Shown piece after piece: positions 1 through 17,371 of a stretch of DNA of 64,000 bases. Both the position numbers and the translations under genes were made by a program. The notes below the pieces were generated by a model. That model did no database searches. It was not told where the DNA came from and saw nothing but the letters and a program-made list of their open reading frames with translations. Numbering within the stretch: position 1 is the stretch's first letter; each line of letters opens with the position of its first letter. The DNA is from the human T2T-CHM13v2.0 reference genome, Homo sapiens, in NCBI RefSeq assembly GCF_009914755.1, contig NC_060934.1; one strand, 5' to 3'.

Positions 1-740
1 CCGGGAGGTGAGGGGTGCCTCTGCCCGGCCGCCCCTACTGGGAAGTGAGGAGCCCCTCTGCCCGGCCAGCCGCCCCGTCCGGGAGGGAGGTTGGGGGGTC
101 AGCCCCCCGCCCGGCCAGCCGCCCCGTCCGGGAGGTGAGGGGCGCCTCTGCCCGGCCGCCCCTACTGGGAAGTGAGGAGCCCCTCTGCCCGGCCACCACC
201 CCGTCTGGGAGGTGTGCCCAACAGCTCATTGAGAACGGGCCAGGATGACAATGGCTGCTTTGTGGAATAGAAAGGCGGGAAAGGTGGGGAAAAGATTGAG
301 AAACCGGATGGTTGCCGTGTCTGTGTAGAAAGAAGTAGACATGGGAGACTTTTCATTTTGTTCTGCACTAAGAAAAATTCCTCTGCCTTGGGATCCTGTT
401 GATCTGTGACCTTGCCCCCAACCCTGTGCTCTCTGAAACATGTGCTGTGTCCACTCAGGGTTAAATGGATTAAGGGCGGTGCAAGATGTGCTTTGTTAAA
501 CAGATGCTTGAAGGCAGCATGCTCGTTAAGAGTCATCACCAATCCCTAATCTCAAGTAATCAGGGACACAAACACTGCGGAAGGCCGCAGGGTCCTCTGC
601 CTAGGAAAACCAGAGACCTTTGTTCACTTGTTTATCTGCTGACCTTCCCTCCACTATTGTCCCATGACCCTGCCAAATCCCCCTCTGTGAGAAACACCCA
701 AGAATTATCAATAAAAAAATAAATTTAAAAAAAAAAAAAA
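1..740 (+). mobile_element. SVA retrotransposon, 3' part (VNTR + SINE-R + polyA), probably SVA_F
   Basis: GC-rich VNTR units (ccgggaggtgaggggcgcctctgcccggccgcccctactgggaag) to ~215, then HERV-K-derived SINE-R, AATAAA and an A tail. The variants 'ccaatccctaatctcaagtaatcaggg' and 'aagaattatcaataaa' match SVA_F as I recall it. Confidence 0.95.
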
Positions 741-1501
741 TGCTCATCATCACTGACCATCAAGAGAAATGCAAATTAAAACCGCAATGAGATACCATCT
801 CACACCAGTTAGAATGGCGATCTTTAAAAAGTCAGGAAACAACAGGTACTGGAGAGGATGTAGAGAAACAGGAAAGCTTTTATACTGTTGGTGGGATTGT
901 AAACTAGTTCAACCATTGTGGAAGACAGTGTGGCGATTCCTTAAGGATCTAGAACTAGAAATACCATTTGATCCAGCCATCCCGTTACTGGGCATATACT
1001 CAAAGGATTATAAATCATGCTGCTATAAAGACACATGCACACACACATATGTTTATTGCGGCACTATTCACAATAGCAAAGACTTGGAACCAACCCAACT
1101 GTCCATCAATGATAGACTGGATTAAGAAAATGTGGCACATGTACACCATGGAATACTATGCAGCCATAAAAAAGGATGAGTTCATGTCCTTTGTAGAGAC
1201 GTCGATGAAGCTAGAAACCATCATCTGAGCAAACTATCGCAAGGATAGAAAACCAAACACTGCATGTTCTCACTCATAGGTGGGAATTGAACAATGAGAA
1301 CACCTGTACACAGGGTGGGAAACTTCACACACTGGGGCCTGTTGTGGGGTGGGGGGAGAGAGGAGGCATAGCATTAGGAGATATACCTAATGTAAATGAC
1401 GAGTTAACGGGTGCAGCACACCAACATGGCACATGTATACATATGTAAAAAACCTGCACATTGTGCACATGTACCCTAGAACTTAAAGTATTAAAAAAAA
1501 A
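741..1501 (+). mobile_element. L1PA 3' end (ORF2 C-terminus + 3'UTR), host of the SVA
   Basis: ORF track gives [18 protein letters not shown]...[37 protein letters not shown] (L1 ORF2p); the 3'UTR ends gtaccctagaacttaaagta plus an A tail. Confidence 0.95.
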
Positions 1502-1950
1502 TACTTATACCTCAACAACAAAAAACAACCCAATTTAAAAACAGGCAATGGATTTGAACAGAAATTTCTCCACACAACATACACAAATGGCGACAAGCAC
1601 ACAAAAAGATGCCCAAAGTCATTAGGCATTAAGGAAATACAAGTGAAAACCACAGTGAGATACCACTTCACACCCACTGGGTTGGCTATAATACAAAAAT
1701 GGAAAACAACACATGTTGGAGAGGATGTACAGAAATTAGAACCCTCATTCATTGCTGGTGGAGACATAGAAATGGTATAGCCACTGTGGAAAACGGTTTG
1801 GCAGTTCCTCAAAATACGAAACATAGGATTACCATGTGACCTAGCAACTCTATTCCTAGGTATAACCTCCAAAAATTGAAAACAAGAATTCAGACAAACA
1901 CCTGTGCATGCATGTTCACAGCAGCACTATTGTCCAAAGAAGATATACAA
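1502..1950 (+). mobile_element. older L1M ORF2 fragment
   Basis: Diverged L1 motifs (aaaaccacagtgagataccacttcacaccc; gccactgtggaaaacggtttggcagttcctc). Confidence 0.8.
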
Positions 1951-1996
1951 ATGGATCTTTTATTGTTATCTACCTTTCAAAGGAACAGAATCCTCT

Positions 1997-2288
<292 letters not shown>

Positions 2289-2343
2289 CAGAATCCTCTT
2301 TCTTACGTATTTTCAAGAATGAATTATGTGAGAGTAAAGAACT

Positions 2344-2475
2344 TTCTTTTTTTTGTTTTGTAGATAGAGATCTTGCTATGTTACCCAGGCTGTTCTCAAC
2401 CTCCTGGCCTCAAGCTGTTCTCCTGCCTTGGCCTCCCAAAGTGCTGGGATTACAGGCATGGGCCACTATACCCAT
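2344..2475 (-). mobile_element. FLAM (Alu left monomer)
   Basis: Monomer with TSD agagtaaagaacttt. Confidence 0.85.
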
Positions 2476-2509
2476 CCAAGAGTAAAGAACTTTATTGAGA
2501 GGCTGTGGT

Positions 2510-2695
2510 AGAAACTTAGAGACTGCCTGAGTTGTAGTCCAGTTCTGCCACCTGCTAGTAACTTAAACACTCTGCACCTTAGTTTCATCATCTGAAATAT
2601 GGCGGTGATAATAACACCCACCTTAGAAGCTGTTGAGAAGGTTAAATGAGTTAATCCATGCAAAGTCTTAGAATGCAGCCAGTACACTGTTAAAT
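2510..2695 (+). mobile_element. MIR, followed by a (CAC/CAT)n repeat at ~2702-2750
   Basis: MIR core: ttagtttcatcatctgaaatatgg...gttgagaaggttaaatgagttaat. Confidence 0.75.
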
Positions 2696-2913
2696 TAGCT
2701 GCCACCACCACCACTACCATCATCATCATCATCTTCATCATCATCATTATTCTTCCTACTTCCTAAAATATCCTCAAGAATATTTAAGACACCTGTGATT
2801 GTACTAATAACCAGCATTAAAAGTTCATAAAAAACATACCTAATTAGTATGTTTCCCTAACTATCAGAGAAACTCAAATAGTTTAAATGGTCAGTATAGT
2901 TAAAAATGACTCT

Positions 2914-3056
2914 GGGAGGCAGTGGGGCACAACTGTAGTCCCAGCTACTTAGGAAGCTGAGGCAGGAGGATCACTTGAGCTCATGAATTTGAGGCTGCAG
3001 TGAGCTATCATCATGCCACTACACTCCAGCCTGGGCACAGAGCAACACCCTCTCTC

Positions 3057-3088
<32 letters not shown>
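2914..3088 (+). mobile_element. FRAM / Alu right monomer
   Basis: tgtagtcccagctact...cactccagcctgggc plus a long A tail. Confidence 0.85.
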
Positions 3089-3089
<1 letters not shown>

Positions 3090-3218
3090 ATGCTGAAGGG
3101 TTCAGTGAATTTTCCCTCCCAAAGACTTCAGAAAAGAGATCCATGTAACGCTGCTACATTTTGAAAGCAATTCTAAACATGCTTCTGATACCCCACCCAA
3201 AGCCTTCGATCATGGACC

Positions 3219-3733
3219 ATGCTTGAAAAGTCTCCCATCAGTACAGGATACCTTTACCAAATGAGGTTTCACCAAGGTTACTGCTGAATATCACTCCAAC
3301 ACTGGTGGAAACTCAATTTCTAATTATGTTTTGTAATATCCAGATCTCTCTGATATTATATCTGATTTTTTGCACCAAAGAATGAAATGCTTATAATCCT
3401 CCATTCCCAATACAACATCATACATTTCCTGCATTAAATAGCCTAAAATCCTCCTCTCTGAATATTTCCTTTTATTAATGGTGCAGCGATTCTGAAGAAA
3501 GTTATTGCACATATCTCCTTAATCAAAATTGACATATGTAGCGGAAGAGCTCTGCTCATCAGTATACCACAGGAAGCTAAATATCGGATGTTCTGCTCAG
3601 GCCCCTATGCTGAGCCAGGGCTCCAACCACTGTCATCAACTTTGGATGGCATCCCGAGACCACCCTTCTCTCAAGGCCATCTGACCAGTCCCAGCTGCCG
3701 AAAGACTCACTGAAGCTGGCTGCTACCATCCCA
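3219..3733 (-). pseudogene. Processed pseudogene of COQ10B (coenzyme Q-binding START-domain protein), 3'-truncated
   Basis: Minus-strand translations RRVVSGCHPK..., [85 protein letters not shown] match COQ10B as I recall it ([65 protein letters not shown]...). Intronless, with stops, frameshifts and a lost ATG. Confidence 0.93.
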
Positions 3734-5024
3734 CTATTCTTATTTTGATTATTTATATTCATAAATTCTTTAAAATATTATTTATAATTATATTACATTA
3801 GAACATGTTATACTATATTGTTATATATTTATATTATAAATTATTATTTATATTCTCCAGAGATTTAAGGGAATACAGGATGTCAGCAAGGTATTAATTA
3901 TCTACAAGCAACTATTACCACCAAAAATATTATTTTACTTAACCTTTTTCTTATAAAAAATCTGCATCATAGTACAGAAAACTAACCAACAAGAAGAAAA
4001 AATACTTTTAAAATATAAAAGAGTGCATACATAAAGGATATGAGAAACAAAGCAAAATGCAAACACTGGGTAAGTAAAATAATCAGAAAATTAAATGGCT
4101 CGGTATTTCTTGGTTGATAAGAAAGAAAAAAGAAAATTAAGTGGCAAAAGAGATTTCACTAAACTGCCAAAAGGAAAGAAGACCAAAACAAAATCATTCA
4201 ACTGTTTAACAGAATTTTGGCATTTTAACAGCATCTCTTAGGAGTTTGAATAAAATCCTGGCAATTATTTTCTCTCCAGTGATTCTAGGCTTTGACTCTG
4301 ATCATTACACTGGAGGCTCCGATTCCATTAAACTAACACAAAATTCTACATAAGAAGGATTTCATGATCTCAATATGCTTGAAAATAAGTTATCAAAGGA
4401 AATGAGACAGTAAGATAAAAATCATAACATTCTGTTGAATTAAAATACTAAATTATACATAGTTTGTTTCTGAATAGGTTGCATTCTAAAAACTGACTTG
4501 TAAATAATTGTCTAGAAGTTAGAAGAAATTTTTTTCACATACAATATGGTGTAATTGTTGATCAGGTTATTTGCAATGGTATCATGACTATCATACTTAG
4601 GGCTAAACAGGCCTTTGTGAAATAGCCTGAGACCCCAACGATCAACTGGGATGCCAACAGCAAACTCACACTTGGAAAGCAAAGGTGCGATCAAGGTAGG
4701 TGGAGCACTAGGACTCCATAACCTCATTAAGCTTTGCAGGTCCACTGCTAGCCAAGTACTGAAACTGAGTAACAAGTGATGGTTGCTCCTGCAAAGTGTT
4801 CACAGCCTCTAAACCTGGGATCTCCTTGACCTTTCTCCATGCAGGATTCACAGAATTAATTTCATAACATACTAAACATACCCTATATTTATCTTCTAAT
4901 TCTTAACACTACATAAGTCATACCCTTTTTTTTAAGACATTATTTTTAAAATAAAATTAAAGAAATGAGGAAGGGACTTAAAAAGATGTTAACAGAAGTA
5001 AGAGGGCAGAATTATAAGATGGAC

Positions 5025-5215
5025 CTAAGAGTTAGACACAACTGATTTGGAAATCCAGTTACTACCACTTACTAGCAGTGTGACTGTGGGCAAGCTATTT
5101 CTCAGCCTCAGTTCCCTCATCTACAAAATAAGAATATTATCTCATACCTTACAGGGTTAGAGTGAGGATTAAAGACGATAAAAATATGTATTATGATGCC
5201 TGAAATAGATTAAGT
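5025..5215 (+). mobile_element. MIR
   Basis: ccacttactagcagtgtgactgtgggcaag...cctcagttccctcatctacaaaat. Confidence 0.75.
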
Positions 5216-5597
5216 TCTCAGTCATGCGCTAATTTCCACCACTCTCCCAACCCACTCCCCAAAATCAAGCAGTTCTTCCAAATATATTACAATTGTATTA
5301 TAAATCACTTTCTCCAAATACTCTCATACCTTTCCATATTCTTCTTTGCTTAGGAAGAAAACTACAGATCTTCTGGACTTAATACATATCCAACCTTGTT
5401 GAACTTTGATCAGAAGAGGTAAGGTACTTGAATTTCTATTTCTCTCATTTTAAAGCCTTAGTTTTCTGATTTTTAAAATTATCTTATTAGTCTTTTAACT
5501 AACTTATTGATTTACCTTTTTGTTAACCTCACTTATAATTATTTTCTCCCTCAATCTGTTAGACCCCTGATGGTAAACTTTTACTACATTTCAATTA

Positions 5598-5815
5598 CAG
5601 TTGTCCCTTGAACAATGGGTTTGAACTCTGCAGATATGCGGATTTTTTTTTTTTTTTCAGTAAAAATATGGTATTCATAGTAACACAAGGATGCAAAAGC
5701 TGTGTTTCCAATACATGGGTTCCACAGGGTCTATTACAGGACATGAATGTGTGCAGATTAGCATATATGTGGGCGGTCCTGGAAGCAATCCCCTGGGTAT
5801 ATCAAGGGATGACTG
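5598..5815. mobile_element. Tigger-family MITE (MER8-like)
   Basis: TIRs cagttgtcccttg / caagggatgactg, flanked by TA target duplications. Confidence 0.8.
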
Positions 5816-6154
5816 TATTTACATCCTTTATGGACTTTTTCTTTTAGCCATCTTATCTTCTAGTTATTATATTGACTCTATATTTTCTTACAATGTAACT
5901 TTTCTTACTTAGGATTATCCCTTAATCAACAACGCACAATGCCAGTAAAGCAACCAGATAATTTAACCTCAAACTATAGCAGTAACTCAATTCAGATCTC
6001 AAGTTCAGTTGTAAGGGATAATAATCATAAAAGATCACCGGATATGCAGCCTTGAATATCCATTCTTCTAAACGGTTTGAATGTTGTCACTGGATCAAGC
6101 CAGACTCATGGCCTATACACTTGGACCACAATGCTTTGGTGCCCATCACTTTAA

Positions 6155-6680
<526 letters not shown>

Positions 6681-6861
6681 AGCGCTTTAAGCTGAATGAG
6701 ACCTTGGGGTTTGCAGTCAGCTTACATTAAGGAACCACTTTAAAAACAGCCATAGGAAGAAGTGGTGTTGAAAATATCATCTACTATATCGCTCTTTGTT
6801 TTCCAAGGGAGAAACCCGTCTCAGACCTCAGTGCAAAATGTTGTTTTCTTAGAATAATGTG

Positions 6862-6951
6862 TATCCTTAACTGATCATATTCTCATCTTTTCTATGGCCA
6901 CTGGCAAGCTCAAAAGCAAACTTACAGCCCACCGTCAATAACAGTATAGGA
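6862..6951 (+). repeat. Local dispersed direct repeat, copy A (copy B at 9818-9901)
   Basis: 6891-6951 vs 9841-9901 match at 56/61 nt ungapped; similarity extends ~25-30 nt further left with gaps. Confidence 0.9.
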
Positions 6952-6953
6952 CC

Positions 6954-7270
6954 GGCCAGGTGCAGTGGCTCATGCCTGTAATCCCAGCATTTTGGGAGGC
7001 CGAGGCAGGCGGATCATGAGGTCAAGAGACAGAGACCATCCTGGCCAACATGGTGAAACCCCGTTTCTACTAAAAATACAAAAATTAGCTGGGCGTGGTG
7101 GCGTGCGCTTTTAGTCCCAGCTACTGATGGTGGGTGAGGCAGGAGAATCGCTTGAACCCAGGAGGAGGAGGTGGCATTGAGCCGAGATCATGCCACTGCA
7201 CTTCAGCCTGTCAACAGAGTGAGATTCCGTCTCAAAAAAAAAAAATAATAATAATAATAATAATAATAAC
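6954..7270 (+). mobile_element. AluS with (AAT)n tail
   Basis: Full Alu; TSD aataacagtatag. Confidence 0.95.
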
Positions 7271-8059
7271 AGTATAGATCCTAAACCATGAATTTATGTG
7301 TACTAAATCTTCTGAATGTCAATTTAATTAATTTTTTACCATAATTGACCTTATATTTTATCTTGCTATAAATAAGGTGTTTCTTCATGTGGCCATAAAC
7401 CCTTTTTTGAGTGAAATTAAGCATAAATTAATAATTAAAATAGGCAAACTGTTATCTTCTCCAGCAGATTATACCCTTTAGGCTCACTCTATTATTCCTC
7501 TTCAAATCTCCTTCTGCTGAATCTATAATAGATCTTCTAGTTTTCCCTTATAAATATTCAAGTTTATTCTCCCTAGCCAAAGCACAAAACTAAATCCATT
7601 CTCTTCAGCGAACTACGTCAGACACATAATGATCTGCATGAAGTTTTATAACAATGTCTTTCTATATTTATTAGAAATATATTCCCCCCCATAAGAAGCA
7701 TGAATTCTAGATGCTGTGTGTCCAGTAGGTTGTCCAGGTATCAGCACATCAGCCTTTAGGATGATGGGAAGATGGAGTACCTACATCCTCCTTTCTCTTG
7801 CTGATGCCAGCTTCGTGAGTTTTCCCTTTCCCCACTAAGGCTTATTTCTAACCCATGCCAAGTAGCATTTGGAATTCATCCTAACCCTGGTGCATGACAG
7901 ATGGTAATGCAGGAGTGGCTCATCTTGTACCAGTGACAACTATGAAGAGTCCTGCCTGGCCTTACACCTTCAGATTACTTTTGATAGTGCAAAAAAAAAA
8001 AAGGCCATTTCCTTCTCATTTTAACTCATAACCTTTTCAAGACCTCAAATGGTTATTAC

Positions 8060-9180
<1,121 letters not shown>

Positions 9181-9667
9181 AATCAGTTATTAAGAAATAA
9201 TTTTATCTCCAGCCTGATTGTCCTTTTACGTTCATTAATGTTTAAATCAACAGTAACATTAACTACAAGAATAACCCAAACCCTCTTCTTTTCAATATTT
9301 GACTCAATAAACCCAATTGATAAAACACACAGCATTTCTTACCTAAAATAATCACCTCATCTAGAAAGATTACTAATTGAAATAAAAATCTTAAGTGCTC
9401 TCCTTGGAATTATAATGATATATTCCTCCACAAAAACACATACAATTAACAACAAAACCATTACATGTTCAAATTAAGATGAGACAATGGAATTCATAAA
9501 ACTTTGAAGTCCACAGTAAAAAACATTTAATTCTATGACTCTCACACCTAAGAACTATTATATATTTGAACACCAAAAATTATATCATCTCATTTAGTAT
9601 CACTTAAAGAACAGAAAGAAATGGGTAGAAAAACATTCAGAGATAAATTAAAATGTTTATAGCATAC

Positions 9668-9692
9668 CTCCTCTGTTTCCATTTTCTTCATC
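9668..9692 (-). CDS. ARHGAP21: ARHGAP21 25-nt coding microexon (DEENGNRG|G), PDZ region
   Basis: atttgtAG|GATGAAGAAAATGGAAACAGAGGAG|GTatgc; continues in frame from the 180-nt exon and matches ARHGAP21 ...QFSYKDEENGNRGG. Confidence 0.95.
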
Positions 9693-9817
9693 CTACAAAT
9701 GAAAATATATATATACATATATGAGTACATATTTATAAACTCTTGTTAATCACAGCAAGGCTCAATTTAATTCAAATCGACCTCCCCAGATTGTGCCAAT
9801 TACAATCTCACTAACAA

Positions 9818-9901
9818 TATTCTTAATGATCACATTCTCTTCTATAGCCACTGGCAAGCTCAAAAGCAAACGTATAGCCCATCTTCAATAACAGTATAGG
9901 A
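9818..9901 (+). repeat. Local dispersed direct repeat, copy B
   Basis: See copy A; the core is offset by exactly 2950 bp. Confidence 0.9.
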
Positions 9902-9909
9902 AGTACCTT

Positions 9910-10070
9910 TTACTGGAAAGATAGAGTTTTCACAAATAGAGATAAGCAGGCTGTGGGTGAAGCCAATTTAGGGGTAAGACATCAGGAGTTCAGTTTTTGG
10001 CATTTGAGTGCGAGATTTCTAATGGAGATATCCAAGTGAAGTTGTCAAGTAGGCAGTTGGACAGATGGAA
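9910..10070 (-). mobile_element. L2 fragment
   Basis: caggagttcagttttgg...atccaagtgaagttgtcaagtaggcagttgga. Confidence 0.7.
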
Positions 10071-10902
10071 AGGTCAGGTCATCACTTACTGTACTATACT
10101 TAAATGTGCCTTTAAGGGATATTACAGGACCCAGAGCTGTCTATATAAATGGATTGGTCCCAAATTGCTACATATTTAAGTTCTTGTATTCAATTTTGAA
10201 GTTTATCTACTTGGTCTCTTTCATTGTTACCAAGCTGTCTTGCTGCCATGTTATCTACCTCTAGCTGGAAAATTAGAAAAGAAACCTTTAAAAACTAGTC
10301 TAAAAATACATTTTCAAATATTTGCTGAGCCTCTACCATACTGGAGCTACCATGTACCTTAGAAAGAAAAACAGACGTTCGGTGAAGGGCTGATAATTTA
10401 TTACATAATTTTTTGACCTTTATTTTGGCTGCCCAATGTTTTTTTTTTTTCTTCTTCTGATTATAAGATCTAGTCTGAGACTGAGGTTGCCAGTTAAGTG
10501 ACAAAATAAGGACACTGTTATATTAATTACACATTTTCTAAAAGCTATACAATATTAAAATTTTTAATTCGTTTGAAGTGAATTTATAAAATTTCATAAT
10601 TAAAATGGAAAAGATTCCAATATATATTTTCCATGTAAAATTTACAAGACAGAGCCCTATTTACAAGAACATCTGTATTAAATAATAGCATTAATAGCTA
10701 AAATTTATTGAGCAATTACAGTGTCAATTTCTATGTTAAGTGTGTTACAAGTATTGTATCATTTAATCATCACACAGCCTGTGAGGAAGGTACTACTATT
10801 GTGTTAGTCGACTTATCCAAGGTCACAGATCTAACAGGAGGCAGAAATGGAACTCAAACCCAGGCTCTTTTGATGCCAATGACCATGCTGTTAACAAGCG
10901 TA

Positions 10903-11461
10903 AGCATGTCCTGGAATAGCATCATTTCATTCAAAGTTGTTTTGGTGTAACATTCACGAGAAAAATTAATTCCCCACTGGGGCCCTGTCTGTGTGAAGTT
11001 TGCACATTCTCCCTACGTCTGTGTGAGTTCTCTCCAGGTCCTATGGTTCCTTCCCACATGCCAAAACTGTGCCTGTTCGATTCACAGGTGTGCCCACATT
11101 GTCCCAGTCTGAACAAGCGTGGCTGTGTGTGTGCTCTGCAATGGGATGGACAGCATCCTGTCCAGGGTTAGGCCCCACCTCATGCCCTGAGCTGCATGAG
11201 CTGCCGGGATAGGCTCCAGCCACCCTCAACTCTGGACTTTTTATAACGCTTTCTTAAGTGTATAAACACCGCACATTTACTTCAATGTTTAATACTGGAA
11301 GTGTTTTGGTCTTTATTTACAAGTTTGGTGATTTTTTTTTTTTGACCAGAAATATGCCAAGTAAACTCTAGCCAACATAAGATCAGTTATCACTTAAATA
11401 CGTTTCACATAAAGTTGCAGTTTCCAAAAATCTACTGACAATGTTAAGTGAGGGTTTATTG
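10903..11461 (+). mobile_element. MER6/MER6A (Tigger-related DNA transposon) containing a V-SINE-like core
   Basis: Termini agcatgtcctggaatagc... and ...gttaagtgagggtttattg with TA flanks; internal tgtgtgaagtttgcacattctccc...ttccttcccac. Confidence 0.8.
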
Positions 11462-12876
11462 TACTGTGCTACTAAAATTTCTAGAAATATTTTCCAATAA
11501 TAATAATACATGTTTATATAAGTTTGGTAAAATTATCTTATAAAAAAATTGTACTACCTATATGTTCATCATGACCCAAAGCTCTTATTCAAAACAAAAC
11601 AAAAACAAAAAGACAAAAAATACACAATCCTAATGTAATTATCAAGTGCTCTCATATGTGACCTAATGCGTAAGTAACACTATTTGAGACTTTTTAATAT
11701 CAGCTAGATTCTTAAGAGATCTAGTCCAGTTGTTTTATACACATTTGAGAAAACCCAAACAGATAAATTTCATTCTAAAGGTAGCAATTATTTACAATCC
11801 TTAAAAGATATTCAGTTGTTTCCTGTTATCTCAGTGTTAAAGTAACCAAATATAAAAAATTTTAAAAAAGAAAAGGAAAAAAAAGAGCTATTCAGTACTT
11901 CAAAAAAGCATACCCTGTAGGACATTACTAGAAAGACATATTTAACAAAAAATAATTTAAAACTGTGGTCTCTAGATAAAAATACGGACACTACTTTTTA
12001 AAAGACAGTTTTGGATTCATAGATATTTAGAATTAGAAAAGACTTTGTAATACTCTAGTTCAATTCCTACAAATGAAAATGGAAATCTAGAGGTCAAAAG
12101 AAGTGGCCTGGCCAGGGTCTCGTAACTCTTCTGAATATCATCATTTCCATTATACTATTGTGTAATAGTTCAGCATCAAGCATGTATATTGGTCAAATTC
12201 AAATCCTAGATCAACTACTTATCTGTTTTATGACCCAGATCAGTTTCCACATCTGTTATATGGGGCTAATAATACCACCTGCTCCACAGGATTCTGGCGT
12301 GGATAAAGTAAGATAACGCTCATAACGAATGGTAAGGAACACAGAGCAAGTACCCAGTGTGTCAACTGCACTTATAATTATCTCAGGCTGTCCTTTTCAG
12401 GCTGTGTTACTGTCCACTGAAGCCTGTCGATGTAATTCATTCTGATGAGAAGCTGTGTTTTTCAATTCTAACATGCCATCATATTACATATCTGAAAGTT
12501 AAGTATTGTTCTAATTCTACTAATTTTCTATAACTGCTAGAATATTTCAGTGAACCATTTCCTTTGCATAGTCTGCCCAGAAAACTCACTACCTTTCTAG
12601 ATAATAAACAGTTACATATTAGAAAAAGTAGAAAGAAATCTGGAATTAGAAGTCCTTAAAAAATGCAGATTTGGAGTTTAGAATCACTATGATCTTTCAG
12701 AGAAGACTAAAGTTTCTGTTTTGTTCTTGAAGGTGGGAAAATACCTAAAAGGAGAAAAATAATATAATAAAAATTCAAATGTAATGCTTGATTCTTTTAA
12801 GACAGAAAAAAGGCCATAGGGAAGGGTAAGAGGAAGACTAGAAGGGGATAGGAATGGCCTTGTGGTTTTTTTTTCA

Positions 12877-13080
<204 letters not shown>

Positions 13081-13574
13081 CTAAAGTGAAAAGATATTTA
13101 AAAGTTAACTACATAACACAATATACTTCCTCATCTAAAAAAATTCTATGTAAAAATGTTAATACCTGAGCGCCGATATGAACTATTTTCTGATGCATAA
13201 ACTACACAAAGCATGCAATTATCAAAAACTAAAATTTATTATATTATTATAACAAAGCAAGCAATTATCAAAACCTAGAATTTTTTTCTAGAAAATAATG
13301 CCATAAAAAATTAGTCAGAAGAAAGAACTCTCAGAAAATAGAAATATAATTCCTAAAATTAGAAATGCAATAGAAGGAATGAAAGATAATACCAAAGAAA
13401 TTTTAAAGAGCACTATGGATTAAGAAACAGAAAGCATGAAAGAACAGATATAAAACTCTGACGAAGAAATAAACCTAAACCTTATCAGATAGTCCAACAG
13501 CAACAAAGGACATTAGAAAATAACAGAAAAGGTCTTCAGGTTCTGAGCACGAATTCAATATCCACATAGATAAC

Positions 13575-15265
<1,691 letters not shown>

Positions 15266-16245
15266 ATAGCTGCTAAGATTTTGTTTTAAATTACAACTCC
15301 AAGTTAATCCCAGCATTTTGAAAAGGTCACCTTTATTGAATTGCAAATGCTTGAATAGTCTTGCTTCTATTATATTTTTTATTATCTTCCACCAGTGAGT
15401 CTACCCACTCTGCCACAATAATTTGCCTCATATAAAGGTGAAAAGATAACTAGGTGGTAACATTGCCCAGCCAAACTTGCAGTAGGGGTGGCCATATGAT
15501 TGAGTTCTAGTAAATGGAATGTTAATGAAAGTAATAATACAGTATACCAAAAACAAAAACAAAAACAAAAAAAAACAGCATTTCCATATACTAGCAATAA
15601 GCAACTGGAAATTTAAAACTTTTTAAAATACCATTTATAATTACATTAAAATATGAAATATTTAGGGATAAATCTGACAAAAGATTTGTAAGATCTACAA
15701 ACTGAAGCTCCAAAACATTAAGAGATATTAAAGAATAAATAGAGAGATATACCATGTTCATGATTTAGAAGACGCAGTACTGTTACAATGTTAACTCTCC
15801 CCAAAGTGATCTATAAATCCATTGCAATCCCAATCAAAATCTCAGCAGATTTTTGTGTGCAAGCTGCTATGATATTTCTAAAATCCACTTTATAATGCAA
15901 AGAACCTAAAATAACCAAAACAACTTCAAATAAGAACAAAGTTGGAACACTCAGACTTCAAGACTTACAAAGCTACAGTTATCAACACAGTACAGTATTG
16001 GCATCAAGAAACACAGATTCACAGAACAGAATATGGAGTCCTGCTCTAGACCCACAACCACATGATGCTGCCATTCTACTCCTAGGTATTTATCCAAAAG
16101 AAACATGAACCCATGTCAATATTGTACAAGTATAATACAAATACTTGTAAACACAAATCGCCCTGGAACAACTGTGTGGAGGCTGTGTGCAAGAAAAGAA
16201 AAGAACTTTGATCTGTAACTCGTATCACAAACAAAAATTAACTCA

Positions 16246-16566
<321 letters not shown>

Positions 16567-16794
16567 TCATAAACCTAAATGTAACACTTAAAACTATGAA
16601 ACTTCTGGAAGAAAACAGGGGAAAATCTTTATGAACTTAGGTCAAGATTTCTTAGATATAACCCCAAGGAACATAATCCATTAACAGCAACAACAAAAAA
16701 TATTCACTAGAAGAACATACAATGAATTTTTTTTAAAAAGATAAATGAAACTTCATCAAAATTAAGACCCTCTGCTCTTCGAAAGACACTTCCT

Positions 16795-17371
<577 letters not shown>

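Noticed and set aside
15-722. Several ORFs in the SVA (e.g. MVMTLNEHAAFKHLFNKAHLAPP...)
   Set aside because: Standard SVA VNTR/SINE-R translations, not genes.
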